A stretch of 64,000 bases of DNA from Amoebidium appalachense (GCA_963693365.1 CAVNZM010000008.1:9481696-9545695), one strand, 5' to 3'. Shown: positions 30,409-45,045, numbered from the stretch's first letter. Numbers and translations are program-made. Notes: generated by a model from the sequence alone, not told the origin.

Positions 30409-30493
30409 TGAAATAAAGTCAACATGGGGATCTAAGCAAAAGCAAGCTGATGTTCCGCGTCCTCTCTCTCTGGCACATACATCATATATCATG

Positions 30494-30526
<33 letters not shown>

Positions 30527-30727
30527 TTGCCGGCCAGCTCTCCCAGGCCACCGCCCATCTCCAGGTTGTACTTAGTCAGCAGATAGGTCGTGACTGCCTT
30601 GCCATCAACACCCTCGGGGATGCGCGCTGCAGACAGAGAGAAAGAGAAAGTCAGACGGGGGGAGGGGAGGGAGGGACGGGAGTGGGGAGAAAGACACAGA
30701 GGGGGAGGGAAAGGGAGGGAGGGAGGT

Positions 30728-30758
<31 letters not shown>

Positions 30759-31564
30759 AGAGAGAGCGGGTCAGAGAGAGGGGAGGGAGGGGGTGGAGAA
30801 GGAGGGATGGGGAGAGTGGGGGTAAAAGAAATGGGGGGAGAGAGAAGGGTAGGGGTGCGCCGGGGGAGGAGCGGTGTGTGTGTGTGTGTGCCTGTGTGCG
30901 TGTGGTAGGGGAGGGGAAGGAGGAGGGGGTGGGGAGGGGGGGAGGAGGGAGGGGAGGGGCGGGGGGGGGGGGGAGGTGGGGGGGTAGAGAGAGCGGGTCA
31001 GAGAGAGGGGGAGGGAGGGGGTGGAGAAGGAGGGATGGGGAGAGTGGGGGTAAAAGAAATGGGGGGAGAGAGAAGGGTAGGGGTGCGCCGGGGGAGGAGC
31101 GGTGTGTGTGTGTGTGTGCCTGTGTGCGTGTGGTAGGGGAGGGGAAGGAGGAGGGGGTGGGGAGGGGGGAGGAGGGAGGGAGGGGCGGGGGCGGGGGGGG
31201 GGGGGGGGGGGGTCACAACGGCACCTACTACGATGCACCAAGACTAGACCAAATCATATTTTCTTTCCTTCTTATTTTCTAGGAGCGGGAGGCAGGGCAC
31301 GGGGAGAAGGGGAAGGGGGGATAAAGGAAGGTGGTGGTGGTTGGTGTGTGTGGGCATCCACACTGGATCTCATGGTGTTACGGCAAAGCGTAGCAGGGCA
31401 ACCAAATGTATAGAGAAGTAGATAGGGGGAACGAGCAGTGAGGAAAAGGTTAAGGGTATTGTGTGCATGTGTGTGTTGGACGAGGTACAGAGGTCCAGGA
31501 AAGACAATGCCAGGCAGATATTCGAACACAAACACACAAGATGATGGTGGTGGCAGTTTTGTGT

Positions 31565-31595
<31 letters not shown>

Positions 31596-33214
31596 GTTTG
31601 AATGCGTTAAAAAGTACGAAGTACACAAGAACAAACGGATAACACGATGCAGAATGCAAGCCATACATAAAGAGTATGCATAATAAGCAGAGCCCATCCT
31701 CAGGGGGGGCCCACGTCATCCATAGTACCCGAGTTTCGACCTATTCCCCTCGTTAACGAAACCCAACTCAGATACTGTTTCACTTGAACATGAGTAGGTC
31801 ACCCGTCTTGATCAGAGACGAGCAGGGTTGCTTATGCAGGCAAGGGCAGTGGGAAAGGCCGGGGGTTAAAGTTGCAGCAGTAAGCAGAAGCAAGAAAAAT
31901 ATAGATAGGAACTCAGGAGACGGGGCTTCTAGGAAGCGGGGGGGGGGGGGGACCAGAAGTTTATAAGATACCAGTTACAACAATGGCCCACGGCCGGAAA
32001 AAACAATGCAGTTATACGAAAATACACACCGTAGCAACGCCGGGGGGGAGAGGGGATGGGGAAAATACATAATTTACAGAGTACAAGGTACACATTCACG
32101 ACAGGCAACCCAGTGCATTGTTTGCAGCGAAGCACACACGCAGAGTATTCATTACGAAGTATCAGTGTGTGCGGGGGGGGGGGGGGGGGGGGGGGGGGGG
32201 AGGGGGATAGTTACCGGTGGTCAGGGAGGGCAGGCGGTGCTCTGCCTGTACGTGCAGTTGGATGCCCATCTTCTCAAGGCCGGCCCACAGCAGCTCTGGG
32301 GGGGGGGAGAGGGGGGGGGGGGGGGGGAGGTGGGGTGTGAGGCGGAGGGAGTACTGATGGGTGTGCATGTGTGTGTTTTAAGCATGTGGAATTGGTGCGT
32401 GTGTGGGTGTATGCGCGCGCGCACATGCACATGTGCATTGTGCATTTAATATAGTTAGGGTGATGTGTATGTGTGTGGGTTTGTAGGTGTGCGCGTGCGT
32501 GTTGGTACACAAGTGGTGGTGGTTCTTCTGCTGTGTGAGGGCGTGGTGTGCGTGTGGTGGCTTTATATGTCTGTTGTTGGTCCATATGTTTATGGTGTTG
32601 GTGCTCCCATGTAATACTACGGTGCTGCTGAAAAACAAACACAACCCAAGGAAACAAGACCAGAAACACACACACGCACAAAGAAACAAAGGCAAGGCCA
32701 GAAAAAAACATACACGCACACGCACACGCACATACACACGCACACACACACACACACACGTACCAGCGTTCTTCCTATGGCGGTCCCACGCCACAGGGAG
32801 TGTCTCCTCAGCAACAATACGAAGACTCTCCCTCAGAGCATAGATCATGCTGATGGGGGCGGTGTGGTGGTACGTGCGCGGGGCACCCCCGGGGGAGAAC
32901 AGGTACTTGGCAATGGCGTTCATGTCGAGATACCAGTTGGGCACCTGTGTGTGTGTGTGTGTGTGTGTGGGGGGGGGTATCATACGTGGGAAGGGGAAGG
33001 GATGGGGGCGGCTTGTTGGGGAGTGATCGAGGGGAGGGGAGGGGAGGGGAGGGGAGGGGGAGGGGAGGGAGGGGAGAGGTTAGGGTCTTAGAGTGTGCCA
33101 CACAGAGAGAGTACAAAGACACAACAACGGACACCGTGCAGAGTGTGTAGTGGTTACCCAAGGTTCGGGAATGGAGCCTGACCGTCGGGATGAGGGACAC
33201 CCCCAAAACGGAGG

Positions 33215-33258
<44 letters not shown>

Positions 33259-33633
33259 CTCAATGCATGTAGGGGTTGACAACCATCCAATCAAAGACAT
33301 CGAAAAAAAAAAATATAAAACACAGACTGTCTATTCATGACTTAGATGCAAGGGGGGTGGAAGCCCGGAGGAGGGGGGGGGGGGGGGGGGTTAAGAATGC
33401 GTTTGGGGGGAAGGGGGGGGGGGGGGGGGGGGGGGGGGAAGGGGGGAACAGAGGTCATGACGTTTAAAAAACACAAAAAGACAGAAGCATAACCTACGTC
33501 CAAATCACGAATTCGACGAAAAAAGGGGAGGAAGGGGTGGAGGGGAAGGGATTGAGGGGTGGTGTGTGTGTGTGTGTGTGTGTGTGTTGGGTGGGTGGGT
33601 GGAGGAGGAGGAGAATGAGGGGGGAGGGGGGAG

Positions 33634-33674
<41 letters not shown>

Positions 33675-35659
33675 GCGAGACGTACAGGAGTCTTTCTGTT
33701 CTGCATCTTATCAAGTGCACGCTGGCTGAATGTCAGGGGGGCAATGCCGGGGGGGCACGACAGACACTTCTGACCGCCAGCATAGCAGGCATCCACCAGC
33801 CACCGGTCAAGATACACGGGCAGGCCTCCAATGCTGGTCACAGTGTCAAGGAGGAGGAGGCAGTCGTTGTCTCGGCAAAGCTGGCCGATACCTGGTTTTT
33901 TGTTTTTGTTTTTTTGTTTTTGGGTTTTTGCAGGGGGTGGGAGGGGAAAGGGCGGGAGGGGGCCGGGGGGGAGGGGGGGGGGGGGGGGAGCGGGGAGGAC
34001 GTGGGGAGGGGAGGAAAGGGGAGGGGGGGGGAGAGAGAGAGCGGTGGGGTGGGTGGGCGGAGGGAGGGGGGGGGGGGGGGGGGGAGGGGGGGGTAGGATG
34101 AGTTACAGAGCAGGAAGAACACACTCATACCGGACAACACGATGAAGATTGCAAATCACATATAAGGAGTATGCATTATAATAAGCAGAGGCCATTCTCA
34201 CGGGGGATGTGATGGGAAATGGGGATTGGGTGTGTGTGTGTGGGTTGTTGTGTGGTGATGAAAGTGTATATTTGGGTGGAATGTAGTGGGGTGGGTGGGT
34301 GGGTGATGGTGGTGGTAATGGGAGAGGAGGGAGAGAGGGGGGAGGGGGGGGGATATGGGGTTGTGTGTGTGTTTGTTGGAGGGGGACGGCCAATGTAAAC
34401 GAATTACAGTGATTTTTGGATGGCTCAAAGTAGAGGCCAAACAGAATATCAGAGAGACAGAAAGAGCCGATCTCCGAGAGGGGCCGGGGGCCGCGGGGAA
34501 AAGGGTGTGTGTGTGTGTTTGGGGAGGGGGGGGGGGGGAGGGGGGGGGGTAAAGCAGGCGAGCAGCACCCAGGATGTACACGAGTGCATTCAGTGGACAG
34601 AGACACACACACGAAGAACAGAGTCCAGTAGTACAGGGGGGTGACACACAAGCACAAAAACCAAATTACTGTCTCACGCCCCCTCCCCCCCCCCCTCCCC
34701 CCCCCCCAAACACACACTCTCTGTCCGCTCCGCATCTCTATCCCTCCCCCTGTCCAATTTCCCCCTCGCTCGTTATGTGTACGCGTGTGCTTGCCTGCAT
34801 GTGTATTTGTGTCTGTGTGTGTTGTGTTTTTCGGGGCGGAAGGGGGAGGTGAGGCGCGGTGGGGGGGGGGGGGGGAGGGGGAGGGGGGGAGGGGGGTGGA
34901 GGGGGGATGTGGGGTGGCGAAAAGCCATACCATCCATGGGCTGGCATGCACCGGTAGATGTCTCGGCATGCACCAGGCCCAGAATCTAAAATGCGCCCAG
35001 CCAGATTAGGCACACACACAGACATGCATGTGCACCAGTTGCACTTCTAACCAACCGCTTGTCCATGAACATCATGGGAAATATGTGTTCTTTTGCAATA
35101 GATCACATGTGCATATGGTTTCTAGGGCACCTATCCCCCACCAATCAAAAAAAAAAAAAAAGAAAAAAAAAACCTCAACTATAACCACCACTGCCCAAGC
35201 CATCCACGGCCGTACTTCGAACCAGGGTGTGAAGAGAAGGAGGGGGGGGGGGGGGGGGGGGGGGGGTTGGACAGAGTCACGCAGGCAGAGGTAGGTGTGG
35301 AGACTGCATTTTATGTGGGGACAGTGCGTCTGCGTACATTTTTGGGAGAAGGGACAATGAAAGAAGAGAAAGAGGGGAGAGAGACGAGGAAGAAGGATGA
35401 CTTGCATGTGTGTGGGTGTATGTGTGTGCGTTTGTGTGTGCACGGGGAGGGGGGGGGGGGGGGGGGGGGGAGGGGGGGAAGGATAGCTTGTTGCGTGTGT
35501 GTGTGTACGAGTGTGTGTGTGTGTGTGTGTGTACGGAAATGAGGGGGAATATTGGGGGGGCAGATACCTTGGGCTTGTACTTGAGCACAGCCTCCTTGAT
35601 CTCATCGAAAGAGAACACCTCCCCCCAGGGCTTAGTGATGGTCTTGACATCAGCACCGT

Positions 35660-35710
<51 letters not shown>

Positions 35711-35781
35711 CGTGTGCAAAGCGTGTGAGTGGGTTGGTGTTGTTGTGGTAGTGATGGTGCGGGAGAGGGCCGGGGCGGTGG

Positions 35782-35812
<31 letters not shown>

Positions 35813-36411
35813 AAGAGGACATAGATGGCATCACCATACAAAAAAAGGGAGGGAGGGAGGAAGGGGCGAGGGAGAGAGGGAAAGGAGAAAAGGAGAGAAA
35901 GGGGGGGGGGGGGTTTTGAATGCGGAACACAGTACGAAGTACGCATACACGATGAGAAGCATGGTGCAGGACACATGCAAAGGCAAACATTCAAGTATGC
36001 AGCATCAGCCATGCGCACAGTATGCGTCATAAGCAGAGCCCATCCTCAGGGAGGGCCCAAGTCATCAATTGCGTCTGAGTTTCGACCCCTTAGCCCGCGT
36101 ATATAAAGGGGGGGGGGGGGGGGGGGGGGGGGATGGGTGGGGGGAAGGGGGAGAGAGAGAGAGAGAGAGAGTGAGTGTGTGTGTGTGTGTTTTCTCCCCG
36201 GAAGGAAGGGCCGAGGGGGGAAGGGGGAGGGGGGAGAGGTAGGTAGGATGCAGTTCACCATGCCAATACAATAACACAATAACGACAGACACTGAATGTC
36301 ATAAAGGAAGAGACACAGCAGAGCCACACAGCCGCAACAGCTTAGTTTCAAGGAGATGCAATAATGAAATGACTCTTCCTCATATCAACCATCCACGATC
36401 TACCCTCCCCC

Positions 36412-36449
<38 letters not shown>

Positions 36450-36630
36450 AAAAGTCCCCCCCCCAACCCAGATAGAGCCACCTAAGAAGGGTGGGGGTAG
36501 GACGGCAAAGGGGAGGAATAGGTCAGGAAATTGAGTGTATACACACGGAGGGAAGCATAGAGCAAGAACAAAATGGGTAAGAAGGATACAAGGGAGAGAA
36601 GTACCCCCCCCCCCCCGGGGGGGGGGGGGA

Positions 36631-36678
<48 letters not shown>

Positions 36679-37067
36679 AGGCCGCCACCCACTCACCCAC
36701 CCCCCGCCCCCACCCACACGCAGAGAGAGATAGAGAGATAAAGAGAGGAGGGGGGGAGAGAGAGAGGGAGAGGGAGAGGGGGGGGGGGGAGAGAGAGAGA
36801 GAGAGAGGGAAAGAGAGAAAGAGAGAGAAAGAGAGAGAATCTAGGTGTTGATCATATCCAGTAAAGTAGTGACCTCTTCTTTTTTGCAGTCATACCTGGA
36901 GCACATGTCCACACCACGGATACCAAAGTAGCCGTTGATGCAGTAGAGAACGACATCCCCAGCCTCAACAAGGTTGGCTACGGCAGCCTCCCATGCAGCA
37001 CTGCAACAAAACACAGCACACATTAGGGCCCGAAGATACGCGTACACGCGCGCGTATGTACACGCGC

Positions 37068-37107
<40 letters not shown>

Positions 37108-38448
37108 GTGTATGTGTGAAGAACCACAAAACGAAGCTTGCATGGGGTTGAACCTAGCTGCAAGTAGGCCTATCACTCTGTGGAAACGAGATTAAAAGTA
37201 TGGTCTGATGATTTTCAATTCGCCGCCCCCCCCCCCCCCCCCCCCCCCCTCCCCCAAACACACACACACACTTACACAACCCTCAACCTGACCAGCAACC
37301 TAGCATGTCCAGCACTCTTTCCACAAGCTCCATCTTGCTCCTCCCCCCCCCCCCCCCTCCCCACCCTTGCCAGGAGCAAGCGGACATCCTGTCTTCCTAC
37401 TGCAACTTACACGTTCTCCCCTCTCCCTCTTCAAACCCCCCTTTCCCATCACCATCTATCTCCGTATTGCCTTCCCCCGCCAGCTCCCCCTCTCCCCCCC
37501 CCCCCGCCAGCCCATTTCCACCTTCCCCTTCCCTTCCCTTGGCCCCATAAATCCATACTCCCAGGGGCAGACCAGTTCACAAGTTCCCAGGGGCAGACCA
37601 GTTCACAAGTTCATAAGAAAGGAGAAAAACACCGACCTTCCGGTTCCACTGACAGGCACCGTGAAGGCATTCTTTGTCTGCCAGACATAGCGCAGAAGCT
37701 CTTGAGTCTCCTCCATCAGGTGGAGGAAGTGGGGGTCCATGTGGCCCACCTGCACACGTGTTCTATGGTGAATGGCTGGAAAACAAAGGTACGTTTAAAC
37801 GATTAAAAGACTTAGAGACGAGGAAAGACGTGGGAGGAAAAGCGTAGGAGGAGTCAAAGAAGGGATGAGAGAGCCTTCATACAACCATACACCCTAATTA
37901 GATGACTTTGAGACAGTCAACTTCTGGATGGATATATGTCTTTCAACACAGGCAAGGCACACACACAGGCATCAGAACACAGAGTGCCACGTAGAAAAAT
38001 ATCTCCAGTTGTAGGATTACCTGAGGCATGGCCATGGCCTGGTAGACACGAGGTGCGCAGTTGCTAGGCCCGGGACCCAGCATCAGCCTGTTGTAAAGCG
38101 CACTTTGTTAGCAAGTCTCTTAGAGAAAACATGTGCAGGCTTTTCTTGGCTACTCTTTTCCTTGTGTCGTGTGACAAGATGAAGCAAAACTAGAGGCCAT
38201 GATTGATGCACCCAGTAGCTTGGCCCTTAATTTAACGTTCCTAGAAAGGGCTTTCTCCGTTTGCGTATCTGCACCTATTTGTGGCCTGCTCAAACCTAAT
38301 AATAATAAGTGGGAGCCCTAGTTGTGCCAAAAGGAGAGAGCGAGAGAGTGAGAGGGATATTGATTGACCTGGGAGGGGGGTCCAGTTGCTTGAAGCTTGG
38401 CGCAACAGGGACATCAAGGCCCGCCTCAGCACCGTTCGGCTTAGCCAT
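29073..38448 (-). CDS. AGXT: Alanine-glyoxylate / serine-pyruvate aminotransferase (class V PLP); exons 38448-38369, 38087-38021, 37749-37637, 37000-36896, 35661-35568, 34985-34931, 33891-33686, 32944-32764, 32295-32215, 30626-30525, 30075-29987, tentative last exon 29093-29073
   Basis: LMLGPGPSN, GHMDP, SGTGS, VHAETSTG, DTVTSIGG, GGQKCLSCPPG (PLP lysine), YHHTAP, RLPSLTT and GKVWRIGLMG in order. All splice phases are compatible. Confidence 0.95.
30757..31200. repeat. Intronic tandem duplication, ~227-bp period, 2 copies
   Basis: GTAGAGAGAGCGGGTCAGAGAG...GGTGCGCCGGGGGAGGAGCGG...GTGGTAGGGGAGG occurs twice. Confidence 0.85.
31597..31913 (-). repeat. Dispersed repeat family A, ~320-bp copy in an AGXT intron
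   Basis: Near-identical to 42957-43273. Shorter diverged copies at ~18795-18910, ~34120-34205, ~35915-36090 and, in opposite orientation, ~671-765. Confidence 0.9.
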
Positions 38449-39831
38449 CTTTTCTCTCCTTTAGAGAACTAACAGAAGTAGGATAGGAAAAAACCTAAAG
38501 GGGAAGAAAAGGAACGAACGGGTGAAAATGGTGAAGGAAAAGTGAAGGCTGTGAGAACGGCTCGAGGTTTTTGCGTCGGAGAAAGAATCCACCTGCTTAA
38601 GAGACATCTGATTGGCTGCTTCTTGGTTGAGTGATGTCATCATGGCGGCATTTGCACAAACCTACAACTAAAATTAAATTGTCGTTAAAACCATATAATA
38701 GGCTCAAGTAGAATTAAACTGTACCGAGCACCTTGATATCATGGCTGCTTCTATCAGACTGCTGTCATCCAATCGTAGAATACCACATTCCGGTTGGATA
38801 GAGATACCTCTCTGGAATGCAAACCCGGTGAGGCTGACTGTCTGAGTCTGTGTCTACAGCAAAACTCCTTATAGACTCATATGCCACTATTTTCAATAGG
38901 CGTATTTTTAAGATATGGCTTTATAATTTTTTAATATACACAAATTGTAGTGGGTAGAGACAGTCTCAGAGACTGGCCTGATTCAAGACCTTGCTAGTTA
39001 CCCGTCGCCACGGATCACGGCGGCGACGTGCACCAGAGTGAAAGTGAGCAATAGCCCTTGGGGGTTTATGCACTTTGTATTGCTGCGGACATCGTCAGGC
39101 AGGGGCCCAGCCTCACTTGACGGCCTACTGCGTTTTCCAGCGCAGCCAATCAAATGCAGCTAGTGACTTACATAAGTACACCGTATGCAATAAAACAACC
39201 CTAGTATAGATTATGGATAAGCAGAAGCTAGCATTGGTAGCTCCGAGAGAAAGGTAAGACACCGTATCACAATATCATACTGTGCAGCATTAATAAGGTG
39301 ATCTAACACGGTCATTTTAAAACGGATATACTGGGGGAGCTAACAGGTCACACTATTCCGCGAGTAAACCGCCCCCCACACATATTACACATACGAGCAG
39401 GAGACACCAAACGATTACAACGCCAAGACATAATCATCTTTGCATATTTATACGACACAACATCATGAATAAACGAATCTATATAGGAGCGAGATTGTCT
39501 AATTGTATCCGCCATATAGGCTACTAGTAGTTCAATAGCCCTTTATCAATTACCGGAATGTCTGAATGATTTGATTGCCTAGTACCAGGAGTCCAATATC
39601 AGTACCCACTTCTATATATGGTCTTGCGGTGCGTGGTAGTCCAATCATCGCTAAAAAATCCCATTAACAAGCCTTATTTGGTTCCAAAGGCTTGCGGCTG
39701 AGCCTTATTTGGGTTGCACCCTCGTTTCCCAAGCCCCCCCCCCCCCCCCCACGCCCAAAAATTTCGAGGTGGGAACGGTTCGAGGTGGGAACGGGGGGGG
39801 GGGGGGGGGGGGGGGGGGGAAGGATTTTTTT

Positions 39832-39887
<56 letters not shown>

Positions 39888-40413
39888 ATCCGAGTCTGCA
39901 GTGTGCTTGCCATTAATTTACGGTGTCATTATTAATAAAACAGCTGCAGCATGTGAAAGTGACCTGCAATCACTTCTACACATTATTATTATGGTATTTT
40001 GACTACGTAATGATATCATAGGTATTAAAAAGGCGAATGTCGCATGCATGGATGTATACGTAGTGTGTGCTTGACGTGTATGTGGTTGCGTGTGTGCATG
40101 TTCATGTGTGTGTGCCGTGTGTGTGCATTGAATGTGACAGCATACTCTACATACACCGTGACATTACAGTTAAACTGTAAGTAACATTACAATCATAAAC
40201 TACCACTCTGACATGCTGAACATTACTGGAAGTTAAATGTTACAATTAACACCTAACAAACTGATTCTTAAGTTACTGTATTGACTAAGTCTTGGCATCA
40301 TGATGCCAAATCCCATACTAATCGAACCTACTAGACATGCCCTACGTTTGCCACCTGACCCCAAAGCAGCTGGCAGCCACAATAACAATTAGAAACTACG
40401 TGGAGGGATTGGC

Positions 40414-42915
40414 TCACTTCCACCTATTATCCGTGACACTAAAACTGAGCAGGCGGATGCCAAAAGCGGTGACCAGAGCATACAACATGGCCTTGCACCT
40501 ACAGCATTGCATGTAAGTATGACACAGATGGGGAGGGATTGCTAAAGTCAGTTGACAGACGCTACATTGTGCACTGGCTATCGTGCTCGGGTATGTGTGA
40601 TAATAACTGGGGTGGAACACTTGCGGATGGTGCGGGTGCTGGCTAGGGGGAATCACCCCAGACTGTTGGGTGCTTTGGAATTCATCCGCCGAATCGGTTG
40701 ACGAACTGGTGGGATCATGCTCCTGAGGGGCAACACCTGTGTTGGTGCTTGCACGTGAAAGGCCGCTGGGCTTGGCCTTCTTTGACGGGGCAGTCTGTGA
40801 ATTACTCTGTGACTTCAGCCCACGTTTCGTGTTTCGTGCTCTCTCGCTTGCTTTCTCCGTAACTGTCCTAGCAGCGGCTTCCTTAGCCCTCGCGATTTCC
40901 TCCCTCACCTCGGCGGCCACCTGACTACGCAAACGTCTTTCCTTCTCAATGTGTTCTATTTTTGACTTGATTTGTTTCAATGTTTTGGAAAGGATGGCAT
41001 CCAGCCCCACACCCTCCTCGTTGCCCTCCAATGCTGCATGGTAATGTGCAAATATGTCCTCCTCTGTTGCCGGCAACTTTTGTTCCGCAAGCGAAATAAC
41101 AATACTTTCAATCAACGCGGTCTCCGCATCCGACCATCTACCCGAACGTACCTCCTCGCCCACAGACACATAATACTCCAAACCATTCTGATCTGTGGTT
41201 CGTGTTTGCGTGAATCGTGCTCGCCGCCTTTGCGTTGGAACCGTGGCAGTGGCCTTGCCCCTGGTGGCTGTTGTGTTGGCCGTATGGGTGGTGTTGGACC
41301 CATCACCACTTCTCAGGGAAAGGTTCCCCCCTTCGCCGGATAAATGCAGCTGCATGGTAGACGGGCGACCTGGACGGTTTGGCTCTGGCCGCTGTCCATG
41401 ACTGCATGTGTATGTGCGTTTGTGTGTGCGTGTGAATGCGCGCGCACGTGTACACATGTGTGTTTGTGTGTGCGTGCGCACACGTGCTCTGTGGGTGCGT
41501 GCGTGCGTGGATTCGTGCACCTGTGCATCTATCCACACACGTGTATGCATGGACCATGATGCGCGGATGCATTGTGTGTGTGTGTGTGTGTGTGTGTTGG
41601 GGGGGGGGGGGGGGGGGGGGGGGAGGGGCTGTGTGTGTGCGTGCACACGTGCATGCGTGTGTGTGTTTAAGTTTGTGTATGGTGTGCGGGTGTGCAGGTG
41701 GTGAGCAGTGGGGAAGGTGGGGGGGAGGAGGAGGGGTTAGACATCATGAAACGACGGATACAGGAGGGGGAGGGCATTGGGAGAGGGGGCTTTTCTTTCC
41801 CCTCCGGGGGGGGGGGGGGGGGGGGGGAGAGAGAGAGGGGGAAATTTAAAGGGGGGGGGGGGGGGGGGGAATAAAGAGAGGGACAAGCAGAAATACCTGG
41901 ATTTGGCCAAGTTAAGGTTTCGATTATAAAGTACCAAGTGTGGGCAAATAGAGGATGCAAAAGAAGAAAAGTAGCAAATGCATATCATACGGCTCACCTG
42001 TTGCCACAATTCTCACACCTGCATGCCTGGGTGCATGCCCGCTTGTTCTTTGCGCATATGCAACGCTCATGCCCATCGTATGCCTGCACTTTTCCCCCGC
42101 CGTTCTTAAAACCACAAAAAAAACGTGTTCTATCCTTACTGTTTCTATTACAGCTGCAGCCCTTGGCGGGCAACCCACCGAACGTGTCAGTTGTGTTAGC
42201 GTTAGACGCCAACTCCGTCGAGTTTTCCGTGTCAACTGAGTGTGATGTCTGTGTTTGGTTGTTGTCCGAGATTTTGTTCGCATGCGACAAGCGAGGTATT
42301 ACCACTGAGTAATGATCTGCTGCACCGTTAAGTGATACGGGTATGGCAATGTTGGGTTCGATGACGGTGGGTGGAGTGACCGCAACTACACCGTGATTGG
42401 CAATCGTGCTAAAAATGGTTATTGGTATGCGGAGTGCGTTGGCTAAGCCCAGCACCATCGCGTCACCGGCTGCAGAAGCAAAATGGGCGCGCCGAGGACA
42501 GCGGAAATCATCAGCTACGTATGCGAGGGTCACCCTTGAAAGGAATCCTTGGTATTCTGCTAGATTTCGCCGCCATTCGTTTACCATTAGTTCGCGTAGC
42601 CGTCCAATCGCCTCTATAGGCTCCATATTAGCTGTAAACCCCAATGTGTTGAGGTGTTCACGGGTAGCTACATGACCGCTTTGTAGATACTGATTGATAT
42701 AATGCCACACCGAATGAAACAAACAGTTGCCGTCAGCGGGTGTTTCCATAAGCTCCATTCTCCAGGCACCCAGAATTTGAAGAAGGCGTTGTTGCTGGAC
42801 CTCAGGTGGCCCGGATATGTCCCTGTGTTGCACATCACAAGGAAGAATAAGCAAAGACAAGAAGTGGGAGGGTGACGTAGGGCAGTGGTGGTGGGGTGGG
42901 TGACAGTGGGGTGGG

Positions 42916-42957
<42 letters not shown>

Positions 42958-43645
42958 TTGAATGCGTCAAAAAGTACGAAGTACACAAGAACAAACGGAT
43001 AACACGATGCAGAATGCAAGCCATACATAAAGAGTATGCATAATAAGCAGAGCCCATCCTCAGGGGGGGCCCACGTCATCCACAGTACCCGAGTTTCGAC
43101 CTATTCCCCTCGTTAACGAAACCCAACTCAGATACTGTTTCACTTGAACATGAGTAGGTCACCCGTCTTGATCAGAGACGAGCAGGGTTGCTTATGCAGG
43201 CAAGGGCAGTGGGAAAGGCCGGGGGTTAAAGTTGCAGCAGTAAGCAGAAGCAAGAAAAATATAGATAGGAACTGGGGGGGGGGGGAAAGAGAGAGAAAGA
43301 CATATTATGGGAAAGGCGGAAAGGCCGAGGAGCAGAACAAGGGAAACCTTGGCGTGTGTGTGTGTGTGCGTGTGTGGGTGGGTTGGGGTTGGGGGGGGGG
43401 GGTTGGGGGTTGGGGGGGGGGGGGGGGGGGGGGGGGGGGCATTAGATTATTAAGAATTCTATAAGTGAATAAGAGTGTGTGCGCTCGTGGCTGCGAGGGA
43501 GGGTGCATGCGTGCATGCATGGGTGCGTTCGTGTGTGCAGGTGTGTGAAAGGGGAGGGGTGTGTGTGTGTGGGGGGGAGGGGGTTAGGCACTCTGAAGGG
43601 GGCCGGGCAGGTGTAAGGGAGTACTGATGAAGGAGGGGCTATGAA

Positions 43646-43679
<34 letters not shown>

Positions 43680-44036
43680 AGATGCAGATGCTTTCAAATA
43701 GGTGGAAGAGAAGCAGGGAGCTTCCAAAAAGGTAGGATGGAAGATATAGGTATACTATTAGAGAATAATGAGAATTAGGGGAGGTAAGAGGTAATGGAGG
43801 ACTTGAAAAGGAGGGACGAATGGGCAGAGGCCCTCCTGAGGGGGGGGAGGGGGGGGGGGGGAGGGGAACAGGACAGGCATAATAAGTGGGCCTGGGGAGG
43901 CAGGTTGTCTGACAAAAAACTGGTGTCACTTGGGTTGGAAGGAGAGATGGATTAATACGTGCAAGGAAGTAAGGAGGTGGAGCAGTTGGGAGGAAGAATT
44001 GTGGGAAGGAGGAGAGGGGGAGGGGGATGCAGAAAA

Positions 44037-44076
<40 letters not shown>

Positions 44077-45045
44077 GGGGAAAGGGGGATGGGGGAAAGG
44101 GGAGGAGGCCCTGCAGGGAAAGTGGGGGGAGAGGCGAGAGGGAGGAGCGGGGGGCGTTGGAGGGGAAGGGGGGGGGGGGGGGGGGGGGTTTCGGCAGGAA
44201 GCACCTGGCAAGCTGTATGTCTGCTGCCACGGCCTCGTCAAAGAACACTAGAGTGAAGAGCAGATGATCCGGGTCCTGTGCTGCTAAAGCATACCCTTCG
44301 GAGCTGTGCACAGACCCAATCAGCTTGCGCATCGCACGCCGGGCGTTAAGCTTGCGGCCTGCTAGGCGCACACATGTTGACACGTTGAATGAACCGGGGC
44401 TCTCGTCACTTGACCCCTCATCGTCATCGTCAGAGCCATCACTGTCGAAAGACCCAACCTCCATACCACACTCAGGCAAGGAACGGTTGCCATTATTGCC
44501 ATAAGCTGCAGAGTGAACACAAAGACAGGGTGAGAGAATAGCTGGTCAATGGTTGCCAGGTCTATAAAGAACCCACTCCCAACCGAATCCCCCATCCAAC
44601 CCCCCCCCCCCCCCCCCCCCCCCCACCCCCCACACACACACACAACATACATACACACACACATACACACACACACACCGCCCACACCCTCCCCCCACCC
44701 CCCCTCTTGCTCTCGGCCCCCCCCCCTGCCTAATTCTCCACTTCCCCCTTCTCCCTCTCTGTCCCACCCTCCCGCCCTTCCTCTTTACCGACTGCCCTCC
44801 TCTCTTTGCCCCTCTCTTTCTGTCTTTTCCGCCATCCCTCCCTCTACCCTTTCTCCCCCTCCCTCCTTCCCTCCAACCCTCCCACCCACCCATCCTTCCC
44901 TCCCTTTCTCCCTACCCTGACCTCTCCCCCTTCCCCCCCTCCCCTGTCTTTAACATACACACACAGGCACACACATACACGCCCCCCCCCCCCCCCTCCC
45001 TCCCCCTTCTCTGTACCCACCCACCCACCCACATTACACACACAA

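Noticed and set aside
31685-31780. Canonical hammerhead ribozyme (CTGAGGA and CGAAAC on the - strand)
   Set aside because: I could not build helices I and II around the core in any permutation; kept only as a resemblance.
31795-31835. 5S rRNA-like segment (CCCGTCTTGATC..AGCAGGGT)
   Set aside because: The match is too short and gapped, with no box C or full 5S structure.
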